A stretch of DNA of 64,000 nt from an uncultured virus (IMG/VR IMGVR_UViG_3300028591_000107) (IMGVR_UViG_3300028591_000107); one strand, 5' to 3'; shown: positions 49,995 through 62,432, counted from the first letter of the stretch. The notes: a model not told the origin generated them from the sequence alone. Program-made: numbers and translations.

Positions 49995-51878
49995 TTAATA
50001 TAGTTCAATTTTTATTCCCTTTTCTCTTGCTTTCTTCATCTTTCCAGTATTTGAGTCAAGAGAATTAGTAAACACTATTTGTACTTCCTTCCAAGAACCA
50101 GTATTTCTATATTCTGGATGACACTTAAGGAATTCGCCCTTTGTTTTATAGTCATTTGGTTCACCTGTCATAATAATAGGAATTTGATTAGATACTTCTT
50201 TTTGTGTTTCTATATGTTTATATTTAAAATCATCAATAGTTTTACCAAGATGATTTAAAATGTTGATAATTTCCTGATACTGTTCTGAATTCTTGTCATA
50301 TACCCAATTATAACCTTCAGAAGCAAGATGTGAAAAGTCAGCTTCACCATTAAGAAGATAGTTAACTACTTGTTCCGTAACCTTATCTCCACAAAATTTA
50401 AAGTTACATGATTTGATAACATCATTAAGTGTAAGATTTTCCAATAATTCTTTAAATGACTTTTCCGCATTTTTACCCAATTTTCCTCCATTAAGTGCAA
50501 AGAAAACTTCTTCTGGTTTAACTGTTAAGATATTATATGGAATCTCTTTTTCTTCTTCTCCAAAAAATTCAGCTGTCATAGTATCAACTGATGTAAGATA
50601 CTTAAAAATCTCCTTTGCCGATTGTCCACCAATAGTAGGAATATTTAGAGCAGATACAGAATTGATAAACTTATAATAACACTTATCATTTTCGGAAAGA
50701 ACCGCCATCAAATGAATACCATCTTCAAAATATTCATGATCTGTAGGCATTGGAATTTCACCATCTTTATTTTCCTGTGTTACCTTATACATAAAAGGAA
50801 TAATGTCACCGGCAAGACTCATTATAATCTTTGCACCTATAGTAATACCCTTCTCTCTAAGATAACCAAGATTATGGCCAGAACACTTCTGAACTATACG
50901 GCCATCCATTATAACAGGATTTACCCAAATAATAGGAGTATATTCACCAGTCTTACCAAGATTCCATGTAATATTCAATACTTCAGTTTCCTCAAGCATT
51001 GGAATGAACTTAATAGCTACACAATCAGAAGGACGACGTTCTGTTGTATTATTAATTCTTTCTTTAGCGATTGGTTTAATTACAATGCCATCAAGGGCAA
51101 ACTCACAATTATGTCTATATTCTGAAAATTTTTTATAAACTTCACTAAACTTTGCTGATGTTTCAATTTTATAATTCTTGCTATAAAATGCAGGGAATGG
51201 TTCACCACAAAATCCTATTTCCGTAAAATCATAATCTATCCATTCACCATTTTCAAATCTCCGATAATCATAAATTATAATAGATAGATCATTAAGCATT
51301 TCTATAAATTCTTTATCCTCTCTATTATAATCTCTATTTAATACACCAGAAACAAATGAACGTGGATTTGTAAACTGCTCACAATATTTCTTCTCAAAGA
51401 TATCCTTCTTAACCAATACTTCTCCACGTAAAGTATAATGTCCACCAAATTCTGTTAATTCTTGAGGAATAAATCCAATCAAATGATCATATAAATCTCT
51501 TCCCCAAGATCCATCACCACGAGAAGAAATTGATTGAATTATATCTTCATCAATATCAACTTCAAACGAACACCCATCATACTTTGGAGTAATAATTAAA
51601 TGATTATCCCCGAAATATTTCTTGGCTTCATTAAAATATTTATCCCAATTAATGTTACCTTCTTTATCCTTATGAATCTGTACTTTAGAAATAGAACCCA
51701 TTACAAAAGGATGTTTAATTGTATAAGAAGGATTATGCTTAGTACCAACTTCTGATTTGTTCTCAAGACCAAGCTCCTTTTCAAGATTATCAAACTCAAA
51801 GTCGGTCATAATCTCCTGGCCATTATAATAAGCTTCCTTAGCTTTATAATAAAGTTCTAATTTTTCTTTCTTTGTCAT
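49995..51878 (-). CDS. ligA: NAD-dependent DNA ligase
   Basis: YY.G...MTD.EFD, KYDG, SRGDG, RGEV, DGIVIK, C-terminal BRCT. Confidence 0.95.
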   Translation of the reverse strand: MTKKEKLELYYKAKEAYYNGQEIMTDFEFDNLEKELGLENKSEVGTKHNPSYTIKHPFVMGSISKVQIHKDKEGNINWDKYFNEAKKYFGDNHLIITPKYDGCSFEVDIDEDIIQSISSRGDGSWGRDLYDHLIGFIPQELTEFGGHYTLRGEVLVKKDIFEKKYCEQFTNPRSFVSGVLNRDYNREDKEFIEMLNDLSIIIYDYRRFENGEWIDYDFTEIGFCGEPFPAFYSKNYKIETSAKFSEVYKKFSEYRHNCEFALDGIVIKPIAKERINNTTERRPSDCVAIKFIPMLEETEVLNITWNLGKTGEYTPIIWVNPVIMDGRIVQKCSGHNLGYLREKGITIGAKIIMSLAGDIIPFMYKVTQENKDGEIPMPTDHEYFEDGIHLMAVLSENDKCYYKFINSVSALNIPTIGGQSAKEIFKYLTSVDTMTAEFFGEEEKEIPYNILTVKPEEVFFALNGGKLGKNAEKSFKELLENLTLNDVIKSCNFKFCGDKVTEQVVNYLLNGEADFSHLASEGYNWVYDKNSEQYQEIINILNHLGKTIDDFKYKHIETQKEVSNQIPIIMTGEPNDYKTKGEFLKCHPEYRNTGSWKEVQIVFTNSLDSNTGKMKKAREKGIKIELY

Positions 51879-52106
51879 ATATAATAATTTAATATTTATT
51901 CAGTATAATATGTATCAATAATTTGTTGATCCATTACTATTTCAACAGTATCATCATCAATTTCTGGTATATTTCTATATTTGTTATCAATATAACCAAA
52001 AAATAATATAATTAAAACTATTAAAATAATTTTCCAAATCAAATTTTTCATATTATATTTATAATTACAATAATAATATAGTAATTTTTTATATAATATT
52101 CAAAAA

Positions 52107-52406
52107 TTAACGATAAATATTTGTTTTGATAAATTCTTCTTTTTCTTCTTTTTTCTCTTCAATTACATGAAATCGCTCTCTAAATCGTTCTGGTTTAAAT
52201 TCACACCATTTACCAGTTAAATCTTTAACTAGAACACACCAACCACTAAATTTATCAAATCCACCAACAAATTCATATGTAGAATTTTCTGGATAATCTG
52301 TTTCTTTTAAGAAACGATATCCTAAAAGAACATTATCGAATTTTGAATTATCTTGACATGTACATATTCCTTTAATTGTTAAAGGATCAAATTCATAATG
52401 ATTCAT
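52107..52406 (-). CDS. Hypothetical protein ending IKTNIYR
   Basis: ORF track. Confidence 0.75.
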   Translation of the reverse strand: MNHYEFDPLTIKGICTCQDNSKFDNVLLGYRFLKETDYPENSTYEFVGGFDKFSGWCVLVKDLTGKWCEFKPERFRERFHVIEEKKEEKEEFIKTNIYR

Positions 52407-52618
52407 CTATAAATATTAGTTTTAATATTTTCTTTATTCTTCAATTTTTTATTTTTTGATTTTAAAAGTTTATCAACGGTAGATTTAACTGCATATTCAT
52501 AAACTTCTCTAAAAAGAATTTTACCATTTTTATCTTTAATTAAAAATCTTGCAAAATTGTCAGAATCACCCCCATAATCTGGTTCTATAATATATCCTTT
52601 ATATTCCTTTTCCATCAT
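52403..52618 (-). CDS. Hypothetical protein ending IKTNIYR
   Basis: ORF track. Confidence 0.75.
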   Translation of the reverse strand: MMEKEYKGYIIEPDYGGDSDNFARFLIKDKNGKILFREVYEYAVKSTVDKLLKSKNKKLKNKENIKTNIYR

Positions 52619-53340
52619 CTATAAATATTAGTTTTAATTTCAAATATATCATCTAATCCACCAGTTTCAATATCATATCCTTTAGATTCTTGTGCAGGAA
52701 TATCTTCAACAGAATTTATAAAATCAATTTTTTTAAGTTTAACATCTGGTGGAATTATATCTACTGTTACTCTCTCATTAAAATCTTTTTTAAATTTAAC
52801 CTTTGCATCTATTATAGTATTAATTTCTGTATTATATAAACCATAACCTAAGAAGCCATTTATGATATATATAAAATCATTTGTGGTATCTAATATAAAA
52901 TCTTTATACTTACGTTTAAGATTTTCTAATATGATATCTTCTATTTTTTCTTTATTAAATTCATGGAAATCAAAAAGTGATTTAATTTCATCAAATTTTA
53001 CATAATTAAGTTGTATACCATCTTTAAATATGGTATATAAATACTTTTTTGATATTTCACAAGAATTAAATAATGTATCGTATTTAATAAATTTCTTATC
53101 ATCAAGAATATTTTTGAATTCTTTTAATATACAATTTGATAATTCTTTATATACGGCACCAACGGTTTTGAGTATTCTTCCATGCTTTTCGTGGTCAACC
53201 CAAAATGTTTCAAAATAAACTAAACCTAAATCTGGGTCATACTTATCCCAACTCATATAACGTTCAGGATTAGAATTATGACAAAATGCAGTTTTCTTAA
53301 TTAAGTTAATTCCTTCTTTAGTTACAAGTATTCTATCCAT
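52615..53340 (-). CDS. Hypothetical protein ending IKTNIYR
   Basis: ORF track. Confidence 0.75.
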   Translation of the reverse strand: MDRILVTKEGINLIKKTAFCHNSNPERYMSWDKYDPDLGLVYFETFWVDHEKHGRILKTVGAVYKELSNCILKEFKNILDDKKFIKYDTLFNSCEISKKYLYTIFKDGIQLNYVKFDEIKSLFDFHEFNKEKIEDIILENLKRKYKDFILDTTNDFIYIINGFLGYGLYNTEINTIIDAKVKFKKDFNERVTVDIIPPDVKLKKIDFINSVEDIPAQESKGYDIETGGLDDIFEIKTNIYR

Positions 53341-54011
53341 TTTTGCAAATTAAATAAATAATCATAAAAATAAATATAAATAACATAAACCAAAAATCAT
53401 AATTTGGTCGATTATTATAAGGTATCATCGAATTTGATCTTAAGTCTCTAACATATAAGCTTTCCATAACTCTTTATTATATTCTATTTCTTCTGGGTTT
53501 AAACAACGCCATTTATTTATAATATAATATTCTTTACACCAATCACTATAAGAAATTTCTTTTACATAATCTTCACCATCACATATTTCTACAAGATTTT
53601 CTGGTATAAAACGATAATTATATCTTAATTTAGTTTCAATATTACAACAAATCATAAACAATTATTTAAAATTAATATATATAATATAGAAAAAAAGAGA
53701 ACTTATTCAATAAGTTCTCTTATATTATTTTTTCATTCCAACATGTATTTTTCCACATACTTTACAAACATAAGGAATATATCTATACATTTTATGTTTT
53801 TTTATCCAAAGTAATGCTTCTTCATCATTTTCAAATTTTTTCTTAGGCTTCCAATCACCATTCTTTTTAAAATAATGTTCTCTTTTAATAATATGTTTAT
53901 TACAATCTGATCTTGGTCTATTAATCATACATTTTATCTGTGAATTATTTCATATATGTAATCATTATCAAATTTAAAAAATCTTTAAAAAGGTTGATTA
54001 ATATTCATAGT

Positions 54012-56009
54012 TTAATGAATAATATTCTTTTCATCTAATGTAATTTTTCCATTATTTTTTTCATCGATGGTTAATATTACAGATTTAAATTTGGAATTTG
54101 ATTCTGTATGATATGAATAAATATATGTTTTCTTTTCTTCCTTTTCTTTTATTTTAGAGGTATCATAAAAAATAACTTCTTCGGGAGAATCCATTTTCGT
54201 ACTTTGTCTTTCTATATATAATATACCTCGTTCATCGGATGGAATAATATTACCAAAATATTGTTCAATATTTGGATCATGTGATGGTTTATTACCTTCA
54301 ACTAAATAAATCCATGTTTGATTTGGTTTATATGTTTTTAATAAATAAGATATTAATGCAGATTGTTTATCAGAAAATTTATATTTATCAAAATTTTCAG
54401 GAGTTATTTCTACATTAATATTTTTATTACTTTCTGTAACTAAATAATTTTTTAAATCTTTCATAATAATTATATTTATTTTTTACAATCAAAGAAATAA
54501 TGAGTATCAGTTTCAGATAAATAAATAAACATTATTTTTTGGTGATCATCTAATGCACAAACTATTTTAGAAGTATCATCTAATTTATTTTTAGATTTAA
54601 GATTATTAATGATTTTTAAAGCTTTTTTAGGAATTTTTCTATCCCCATCTTGGATTTTATCTAAAATATTTGTTACTTCAGTTACTTTACATTTATTGTT
54701 TATCCAGTTTGTCATTTGTGTTGCATCCCACATATGATCTTTATCAACTGTATTTTTACAATCTCCAAAGTATTTATAACTTTTATAAGGTGGTACCCCA
54801 TCATACATTTCTGGGTTTTCTAATGACGAATCTGCCGGAATATTTTTTAAATCAAGTTTTTCAATCAAAAATGATTCAAATATATAATTGATTAAATTTT
54901 TCATATTTAATCTTCATATTTTTCTAATTTTTTCTGAAGAAGATTATCTATTTTTTCCTGAATTTTGGCTTTCTCAGATTCGTACTTTGCCATTATTTTT
55001 TCCATTTCTTTTTCAAGTTCTTTAACGTCTTTGTCAATAATTTCTTCTTGAAAATCATTTAATAATTCTCTATCTGTAGCTACATAATGGAATACTGTAT
55101 CATCACCAAAACCACATATATTTATATAAAGTTTCTTTTCAATATCTTTTCTATAAATAAAGCATGATCCATTTTTGTTTTTGTTTTTACGTGTAAATTT
55201 GATTTCCCACATTTCTTCTGTAGTATAACTTCCTAATGACATAGGTTCATGATAATACATTGCATCTACAGTACATACTTCTATTTTATGATTTCTATCA
55301 CTATTATAGACATCCAAATAATAAATTGTATCTCCCTTTCTAATTTGTTTGAAAGTCTTATCTTTGGATTCATTAGCTTCAAAAATTTTATCTTTTAAGT
55401 TTTTCATTATTAAATTTCTTTATATCTTTGTTCTACATCACCATTAGCTCTAATACGAATACGTTCTTGAACTACTGTATGTTTTAATTCTCCTCTAAAT
55501 ATTGTTTTAATTATTATATCTATTTTAGGGCCATTTTCTTGTAATATCCATACTGCCCATAAATTCATTCTTCTTGGTCTAGCACCACCATATATAACTT
55601 TATTATTTTCTTTATCGATATTTAACCAACATTGACATTCTATAGTCCATGCATTAACTATTCTTTGTTGATATTCAAATGGTTTAAATTTTCCATCATA
55701 GTTCATTTCTATAATGTCATCCCAAGCCCATCTAAACATATTGATTATTTCTGCATTACTTATAGGTTTACCTCCATCTCCACCCTTTTCCGCTGGTCTA
55801 TTTTTACGTGAATTAGCATGATCACCAATCTTTAATTCATCACCATCATTAGAAGACCAAATAGTTCTATTACTTTCTAATATTTGTCTAAATTCATCAT
55901 CTAATAATTCTAATGAATCTTCATCTAATTGGAATATAATGTTACCAAGTTTATTTTCAAATTTATCTTTATTCAAATACTCTATTATTGATTTCATATA
56001 TAGATCCAT
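54012..56009 (-). other. Four tandem genes with capsid-targeting-like N-termini (probable internal head proteins)
   Basis: MKDLKNYLVTES, MKNLINYIFES, MKNLKDKIFEA, MKSIIEYL...ILES. Confidence 0.55.
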
Positions 56010-56395
56010 TTAGTTTCTGAGATTGTGGTAAGTCTCATATTATCAAATCCTTGCTTTAGATAATCATTAACTATATCATAAAGACCTATTGAATCATTAG
56101 CAAAAACTGGAAGTTCATATTTAATAGTTTTTGTCTTACCATCAACTGTTATATCTTCAGCAATTTTAACCATATAAAGCTTATTAGTATCAGCAAATTT
56201 CTCATTAATAGCTGGTTTAAAGTTTTTCATTAACTTTATTTCTTCAACTTCTGGTCTATCAATATAATTATTCTGATATTTATCTATAGTATTCTCAACA
56301 GCTTTAGCAACATCTAATACACTATCAGATTCAGTTAAATATGTCACTATACCTTTTTTACCAGGCATATTTGATATTTTAATTTTATAATACAT
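55994..56395 (-). CDS. DUF4494-like protein
   Basis: Duplicated-domain pattern ending TISETK resembles the Bacteroidota family. Confidence 0.45.
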   Translation of the reverse strand: MYYKIKISNMPGKKGIVTYLTESDSVLDVAKAVENTIDKYQNNYIDRPEVEEIKLMKNFKPAINEKFADTNKLYMVKIAEDITVDGKTKTIKYELPVFANDSIGLYDIVNDYLKQGFDNMRLTTISETKWIYI

Positions 56396-56397
56396 AA

Positions 56398-57438
56398 TTA
56401 ATTAAATAATTCACTTAATTTATTTTCTTCTTTATAATTCATTTGCTCTATTACACGAGCTTCTATTTCCTCCATTAATTCAGGATTATCTTTCAACAAA
56501 TCAATAAGGGCATTTTTACCTTGACCTAATTTAGTTTCTTGATATGAGAACCATGAACCTGATTTGTGTATAATATCAAATTCTATAGCTTTATCAATAA
56601 CCTCATTAAATTTATTGATACCTTTACCATATTCTATTTCAAATTCAGCTTTTCTAAATGGAGGTGCACATTTATTCTTCACAATCTTTACTTTGGTGAG
56701 ATTTCCACTAGCTTCATCACCATCTTTAATTTGTGATGATTTTCTTACTTCTAATCTCATTGATGCATAAAATTTAAGAGCATTTCCACCTGTAGTTGTT
56801 TCTGGATTTCCAAATAACACACCAATTTTATCTCTTAATTGGTTAATAAATATACAAAGACAATTTGATTTCTTTATTATACCTACCATTTTACGTAATG
56901 CTTGACTCATCAAACGTGCTTGTAATCCAACTCTTGCATCACCTATGGCTCCTTCTAATTCTGCTTTAGGAATAAGTGCCGCAACAGAATCAATAACACA
57001 TACACCTATTTGACCAGATGATATAAGTTTGGTTGCGATCTCTAAACAATCTTCACCACAATCTGGTTGTGCAAAATATAGCTTATCCACTTCTACTCCT
57101 AAATTAGCTGCATATTCCCTATCAAATGCATTTTCAGCATCTATATAAGCGCATTTCAAACCTATCTTTTGTGCTTCAGCAACAGCGTGTATAGCTAATG
57201 TAGTCTTACCAGAAGATTCAGGGCCATATATTTCAACCACCCTTCCTAAAGGATATCCACCAATACCCGTAGCAAAATCAAGACCTAAAGAACCAGTGGA
57301 AACAACATCTATATCCATTGATGGTGCTTCCCCTAATAACATAACAGATCCTTCTCCATATTGTTTAGAAATATCCTTCAATATAGATTCCAACCCATCA
57401 TTCTTGAATTCTTTGTCTATAATATCTTTTTTAGCCAT
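56398..57438 (-). CDS. recA: RecA recombinase (bacterial type)
   Basis: [36 protein letters not shown]. Confidence 0.98.
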   Translation of the reverse strand: MAKKDIIDKEFKNDGLESILKDISKQYGEGSVMLLGEAPSMDIDVVSTGSLGLDFATGIGGYPLGRVVEIYGPESSGKTTLAIHAVAEAQKIGLKCAYIDAENAFDREYAANLGVEVDKLYFAQPDCGEDCLEIATKLISSGQIGVCVIDSVAALIPKAELEGAIGDARVGLQARLMSQALRKMVGIIKKSNCLCIFINQLRDKIGVLFGNPETTTGGNALKFYASMRLEVRKSSQIKDGDEASGNLTKVKIVKNKCAPPFRKAEFEIEYGKGINKFNEVIDKAIEFDIIHKSGSWFSYQETKLGQGKNALIDLLKDNPELMEEIEARVIEQMNYKEENKLSELFN

Positions 57439-57503
57439 TTATTAATAATAATATATAAAAAATGCAACTAATTTAAATTAGTTGCATTTTATTATTGATT
57501 TTA

Positions 57504-57920
57504 TTAATCATTCTTTTTCCAATATGAATATACCGAACCTTTAGGTTGATTTTTTACATCATAATAAACTCCATTTTTTATACAAACATAATAATTTGCA
57601 AAATAAATTATAAATGTTCCAGTTGGGTTTTCTTTCAAAAATTCATCTATACTTGGTCGTTTAGAACCGGTTGTTGGTTTTCCATAAGTAATATATTCAA
57701 AACCATTTACAATACAATAATCATCAATTACATTTTTACTAGTAATTACGTCATGATTTTTCCGTGCAATTTTACTTAAATCATCAAAAACAGTTTCCCA
57801 ATCATTATCTGTTGCACAACAAATAGCCCTAATGGCAGAATCATCCTTAGTCCAACCTTTTGGCTTACCAGATTTAAAGGTTGATGCAGTAGGATTTGGA
57901 TTAAAATACTTGTATTCCAT
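57504..57920 (-). CDS. Conserved phage hypothetical protein
   Basis: YKYFNPNP...DSAIRAI motif. Confidence 0.7.
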   Translation of the reverse strand: MEYKYFNPNPTASTFKSGKPKGWTKDDSAIRAICCATDNDWETVFDDLSKIARKNHDVITSKNVIDDYCIVNGFEYITYGKPTTGSKRPSIDEFLKENPTGTFIIYFANYYVCIKNGVYYDVKNQPKGSVYSYWKKND

Positions 57921-58472
57921 ATTCTTTTAAAATTTAAAAAAATTAATTATAATTTCATATATCTAATATTTATTAAATAGTATTAAACTTATATTTTATT
58001 CAAATTTATTTTTAAAAAATTTATTATATTACATAACAATGTACACAGTATTATTACCGTGTACATTTATTATTAATATTTTCTAAATTTTATTATTCGT
58101 CTTCATCATCTTCACTATCGGCTCTAGATATATTTATCCAGCCACCATTCCAATCGTTATCACGGTCATCCCAATTTACATCCATATTATATTCACCTGG
58201 CATAAAACTCTCATTATATGAATATTCATCATCATATAATCCAACTTTTAACTCAAAATCACCATGATTATTAACTTCATTCTGTAACTTTTTAATTAAT
58301 TCTGTAGCTGTCATAATATTTATTTATTTATTTATTTATTTTACATATATAATATAGATTAAAATTAAATAATATTCAAATATTTTTATAAAAAATGTTT
58401 AATTTAATATTAAATAATTGATTGTTAATTTTCTATTTTATATAATAAATATATGATAAGTGATTTAAAATA

Positions 58473-59429
58473 ATGGAATTAGAATTTGTTCGTCCTGATT
58501 TTTCAAATATAAATATTAATAGATCTTTACCAACTCTGAGCATTTCAACTATTTTGGGAATGTTAGAAAAACCATTTGACAGAGAAGGTGTAGCCCTTAA
58601 AACATACAATAAGCATCATAATAATCCTGAATCGGAATATTATGGAATGAGTATACCTGAAATTATTGAAAAATGGGATAATAAGGGTGCAGAATCTTGT
58701 AGATATGGATCAATGTTAGATGATTATATTGGGGCAAAGCTTACAGGTAGTGAAGCTGAACTAAGATTATTTAAGTTAGATAATAACTATGAATATGATG
58801 AACGTTTACATGGACTTTGTGATTCATTCGATAATTTTTATAAAGTTTTATCAAAATCTGGAGATACTGTTTTTGTAGATAGAGAACGTTCAGTATATTA
58901 TAAAGTTAGTATACCACATCCTACTAAAGAAGGCGAAATGTTGGAATATTATATTAAGGGACGTTTTGATGCATTATTCTATAATAAACGTACAAATAAA
59001 TGGATAATTATAGATTGGAAATCATCAGGTTCTATTGATAAGACTCCAAACAAATGGACAGAAAAATTATTAGGACCAATGAATAAATATTGGGCTCTTA
59101 ATTATTATACTTATACTACTCAATTATATTTCTATAAAAAGACATTAGTTGATGAAGGATATTTACCAGAAGGTACTTCTTATGATGACGTAGTAGTTAT
59201 GATAGTAAATTTACCTGGTAAGATTATTCAAGAATCTGGTACAAATTTTGGTACTCATCAAGCTGCTTATCCTTTTGATTCGGATTTATTAGATAAATTA
59301 TTTAAGTTTGGTATAGAAAAAGATTATATTAATAAAAAGATTGAATCAGAAAAAGTAAAAGATCAAAAAGAGGAAGAAGCTATTGTTATAGAAAAACAAG
59401 AAGAAAATAATTTAGAGAATATTTTTTAA
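58473..59429 (+). CDS. PD-(D/E)xK exonuclease (RecB/Cas4-like fold)
   Basis: GRFDALF...IIDWKS, Y..QL..Y. Confidence 0.85.
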   Translation: MELEFVRPDFSNININRSLPTLSISTILGMLEKPFDREGVALKTYNKHHNNPESEYYGMSIPEIIEKWDNKGAESCRYGSMLDDYIGAKLTGSEAELRLFKLDNNYEYDERLHGLCDSFDNFYKVLSKSGDTVFVDRERSVYYKVSIPHPTKEGEMLEYYIKGRFDALFYNKRTNKWIIIDWKSSGSIDKTPNKWTEKLLGPMNKYWALNYYTYTTQLYFYKKTLVDEGYLPEGTSYDDVVVMIVNLPGKIIQESGTNFGTHQAAYPFDSDLLDKLFKFGIEKDYINKKIESEKVKDQKEEEAIVIEKQEENNLENIF

Positions 59430-60225
59430 AATGAAAACTTGGAGAGAATTAAAACCTGGTGATAAAATTTATTATTGGGATAAAGGAAAATTACATGAAC
59501 AAATAGTACATGTTGCAGAATTAAAAGTCGAAACCCAAACTTATAAAGATTGGAATGGTAAAGTAACTGAAAATAAACGAGAAATAATGCATATTGAGGC
59601 TGGTAAAAATAGCCGTACTAAAGTAGATCTTAAGTGGTATTTGGATTGTTCAAATGCAATATTTTGTTATATGCCACGTTTTGCTTGTTTAGAAGCAGCA
59701 AATCATTGGGTAAAAATGCAAAGAGATCATTATCAAAGAAAAGTTAATAAATTAGAAAAAAATATTGAACGTTACAAGAAAATATTAAATCGTTATGACA
59801 TTTCCGCAAATTAAACATGTTTACCTATATAAGAATAAAAAGGTAATCGTTGAATCACAAATATTATTTTATAAAGTATATTGTATGACTTATGTTACCG
59901 AAAGTGGTAATATAGGTGCAGAAATTTTAGTTTATAATTGGTGGGATTTTATGTTACATGCCAAATATATAATGGAATTACCAAAATTATCAAAGGCATA
60001 CTAATATGAAAAAACTTGATATAAAAACCATAACAACAGTTACATTAGATGGATTAGATATTCAAAGTGTATTGAATGAAGCCGCAAATTTAGCTCATGA
60101 AGTATTAGAAGAACTTTCAATATATAGACAAAGAAATAATTTAGATCCATTTGAATTTAATTGTGAAGGTAGTTGTTGTAAGTTTTTAAATTTAATTGGT
60201 GATTAAAAATATAACAAATAAGTAA

Positions 60226-61362
60226 ATGGATATAATACAAGCAAAATATAATATAATAGAACAAAAATATAATGCTGAAAATCTTCTTGAAAATATGTTT
60301 AAACACATAGAAATATGTGGAAGAACATGTTATAAATCAGAAAATAGAATAACAGATGATTCTTATATAAAATTTATAAATAGATTAGAAAAAGATGAAC
60401 ATGGTGCTATGTTAGAACATGGTACTGTTTATTTGACTATTCCTGTTGGCACACCAATTGATGATCCTCAATATATGTGGAAATTGGATATTGTTAATTT
60501 TTTCGATAAAAATAAGTTTTCTAAAGTTAATAGTGAAGTTGTTAATGAAAATGTTGATGTTGAGGTTAAAGGATATGGTATGAAAACTCAAGCATCAGCA
60601 ACATTTTATTATATAACAACAAATTGGAGGGTAATATTTGAAGCTAAAAATAAAAAAATTATAAAATATTTTTTGAATAATTATCATATTGAAAAGGAAT
60701 CATTAGAATCTTCAATATTACAATGGATGACACCTCCTACTGATAAACATGAAAAACGTTATACTGTTAAATTTACATATCATTTGGCAGTTGCTCGAGA
60801 TGTAAATAGACATCGTGCACAATCTGTAGGTGAAGAATCAACACGTTATTGTAATTATTCAAAGGAAAAATTTGGAGCTGAATTAAATATCATTGAGCCT
60901 ATTTGGTTTACAGATGATGAAAAGAATATCATACATAATGAAAATGAACATATGTCTTTTAAAGAAATGTGTGCATTAATTTCAAAAGGTACAGATTTTC
61001 CTGCTATGGAACAAGTAGACTATTGGTTATTTGCTAATATGGCTTGTGAATATGCGTATATGATGAATACTACGCAATTTGGTGAAAAAAACTGGACCGC
61101 ACAAAAAGGTAGTTTGATATTACCTCTTGATACTAAAACCGAATCTGTTCATACTGCATTTGTTTCTGATTGGTGTCATTTCTTTAACCTTAGAGCGTTA
61201 GGTACAACGGGTGCACCAAGACCATCAGCAAAAGAAGTTGCATGGGCATTAATGGAAGAATTTTTAAGTAAAGGATGGATTAATCTTGACATGATAAATT
61301 CACAAAAATATATGGAGATTAAAAACAAATATCCAAATATAGAAGATTATATAAAGTTATGA
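60226..61362 (+). CDS. thyX: Flavin-dependent thymidylate synthase
   Basis: GRTCYKS, H.AMLEH, RHR..S...ESTRYCNY. Confidence 0.92.
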   Translation: MDIIQAKYNIIEQKYNAENLLENMFKHIEICGRTCYKSENRITDDSYIKFINRLEKDEHGAMLEHGTVYLTIPVGTPIDDPQYMWKLDIVNFFDKNKFSKVNSEVVNENVDVEVKGYGMKTQASATFYYITTNWRVIFEAKNKKIIKYFLNNYHIEKESLESSILQWMTPPTDKHEKRYTVKFTYHLAVARDVNRHRAQSVGEESTRYCNYSKEKFGAELNIIEPIWFTDDEKNIIHNENEHMSFKEMCALISKGTDFPAMEQVDYWLFANMACEYAYMMNTTQFGEKNWTAQKGSLILPLDTKTESVHTAFVSDWCHFFNLRALGTTGAPRPSAKEVAWALMEEFLSKGWINLDMINSQKYMEIKNKYPNIEDYIKL

Positions 61363-61637
61363 AAAGCTTAAATGTATTTATAAATGAATCTAATAACCCT
61401 ATTCAGGAAAAATACCCAAATGTATTAAATTTAGGTAATGGGGAATACAATGGTATTTTATGGGGTCATTGTTTTCTTTATGAAAATAATAAGTATTATT
61501 CAGAAATGGGTTGGAGAAATTGCTTTCCAAGTTATTGTAGAATGATGGTTGAAAATGGTAAAACAACACCATACCAAGTAGATAAATATCAAAGACCAGA
61601 TCTTCAAAAATTATTTAATGAATAAATATTAATAAAT

Positions 61638-62432
61638 ATGATAGGAATAATTGGTGCAATAGTAGGTGATTTAATAGGTCAATCCTATGAATTCCACTCT
61701 ACAAAAGATTATAATTTTAAATTGCTTATAGATAAATCTCATGTAACTGATGACAGTACATGTACAATAGCTGTAGCAGATTGGTTATTACATACAAATA
61801 GAACACATAATGAATTAATAGATAAATTCAAATATTGGTGTAATAAATATAATTATGGGTTTGGACCAAGATTCAAAAGTTGGGTAAATTCTGATAAGAG
61901 AGAACCTTATGGGAGTTTTGGTAATGGTTCAGCTATGAGAGTATCACCAGTTGCTTGGGTTGCTAATTCATTGGAAGAATGCATACAATTAGCTAAAGTA
62001 TCCGCTGAAGTTACACATAATCATCCAGAAGGTATTAAAGGGGCTATTACAATTGCTGTTGCAATATATTTAAATAGGCAAGGAAGATCTAAAGATGACA
62101 TTATTAACTATATTTTAAATGAAACTGATTATAAATTACAATCATATAATGAATTATATAGAACACATAAATTCATGTGTATTTGTCAATGTTCTGTACC
62201 AGCATGCCTGACTTGTTGGTATGAAAGCAATTCATATGAAGATTGTATTCGTAAAGCAGTATCATTAGGTGGTGATGCCGATACAGAAGCATGCATAGCT
62301 GGAAGTATATGTAATGCCAATAAAGAAACTTGTATAGATGATGATTTTCTTAATAAATTATGTTTAAATGGTTATATACCAAATGAATTTATTGACATTA
62401 TAAATGAGTTTCATGAAAAATATGAAATATAA
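61638..62432 (+). CDS. ADP-ribosylglycohydrolase (DraG/ARH family)
   Basis: GAIVGD..G..YEF, TDDS, SFGNGSAMRVSP, THNHPEG, GGDADT. Confidence 0.95.
   Translation: MIGIIGAIVGDLIGQSYEFHSTKDYNFKLLIDKSHVTDDSTCTIAVADWLLHTNRTHNELIDKFKYWCNKYNYGFGPRFKSWVNSDKREPYGSFGNGSAMRVSPVAWVANSLEECIQLAKVSAEVTHNHPEGIKGAITIAVAIYLNRQGRSKDDIINYILNETDYKLQSYNELYRTHKFMCICQCSVPACLTCWYESNSYEDCIRKAVSLGGDADTEACIAGSICNANKETCIDDDFLNKLCLNGYIPNEFIDIINEFHEKYEI

Noticed and set aside
58473..59429. Cas4 / CRISPR adaptation gene
   Set aside because: Lacks the four-Cys Fe-S cluster pattern and any CRISPR context; treated as a generic phage exonuclease.
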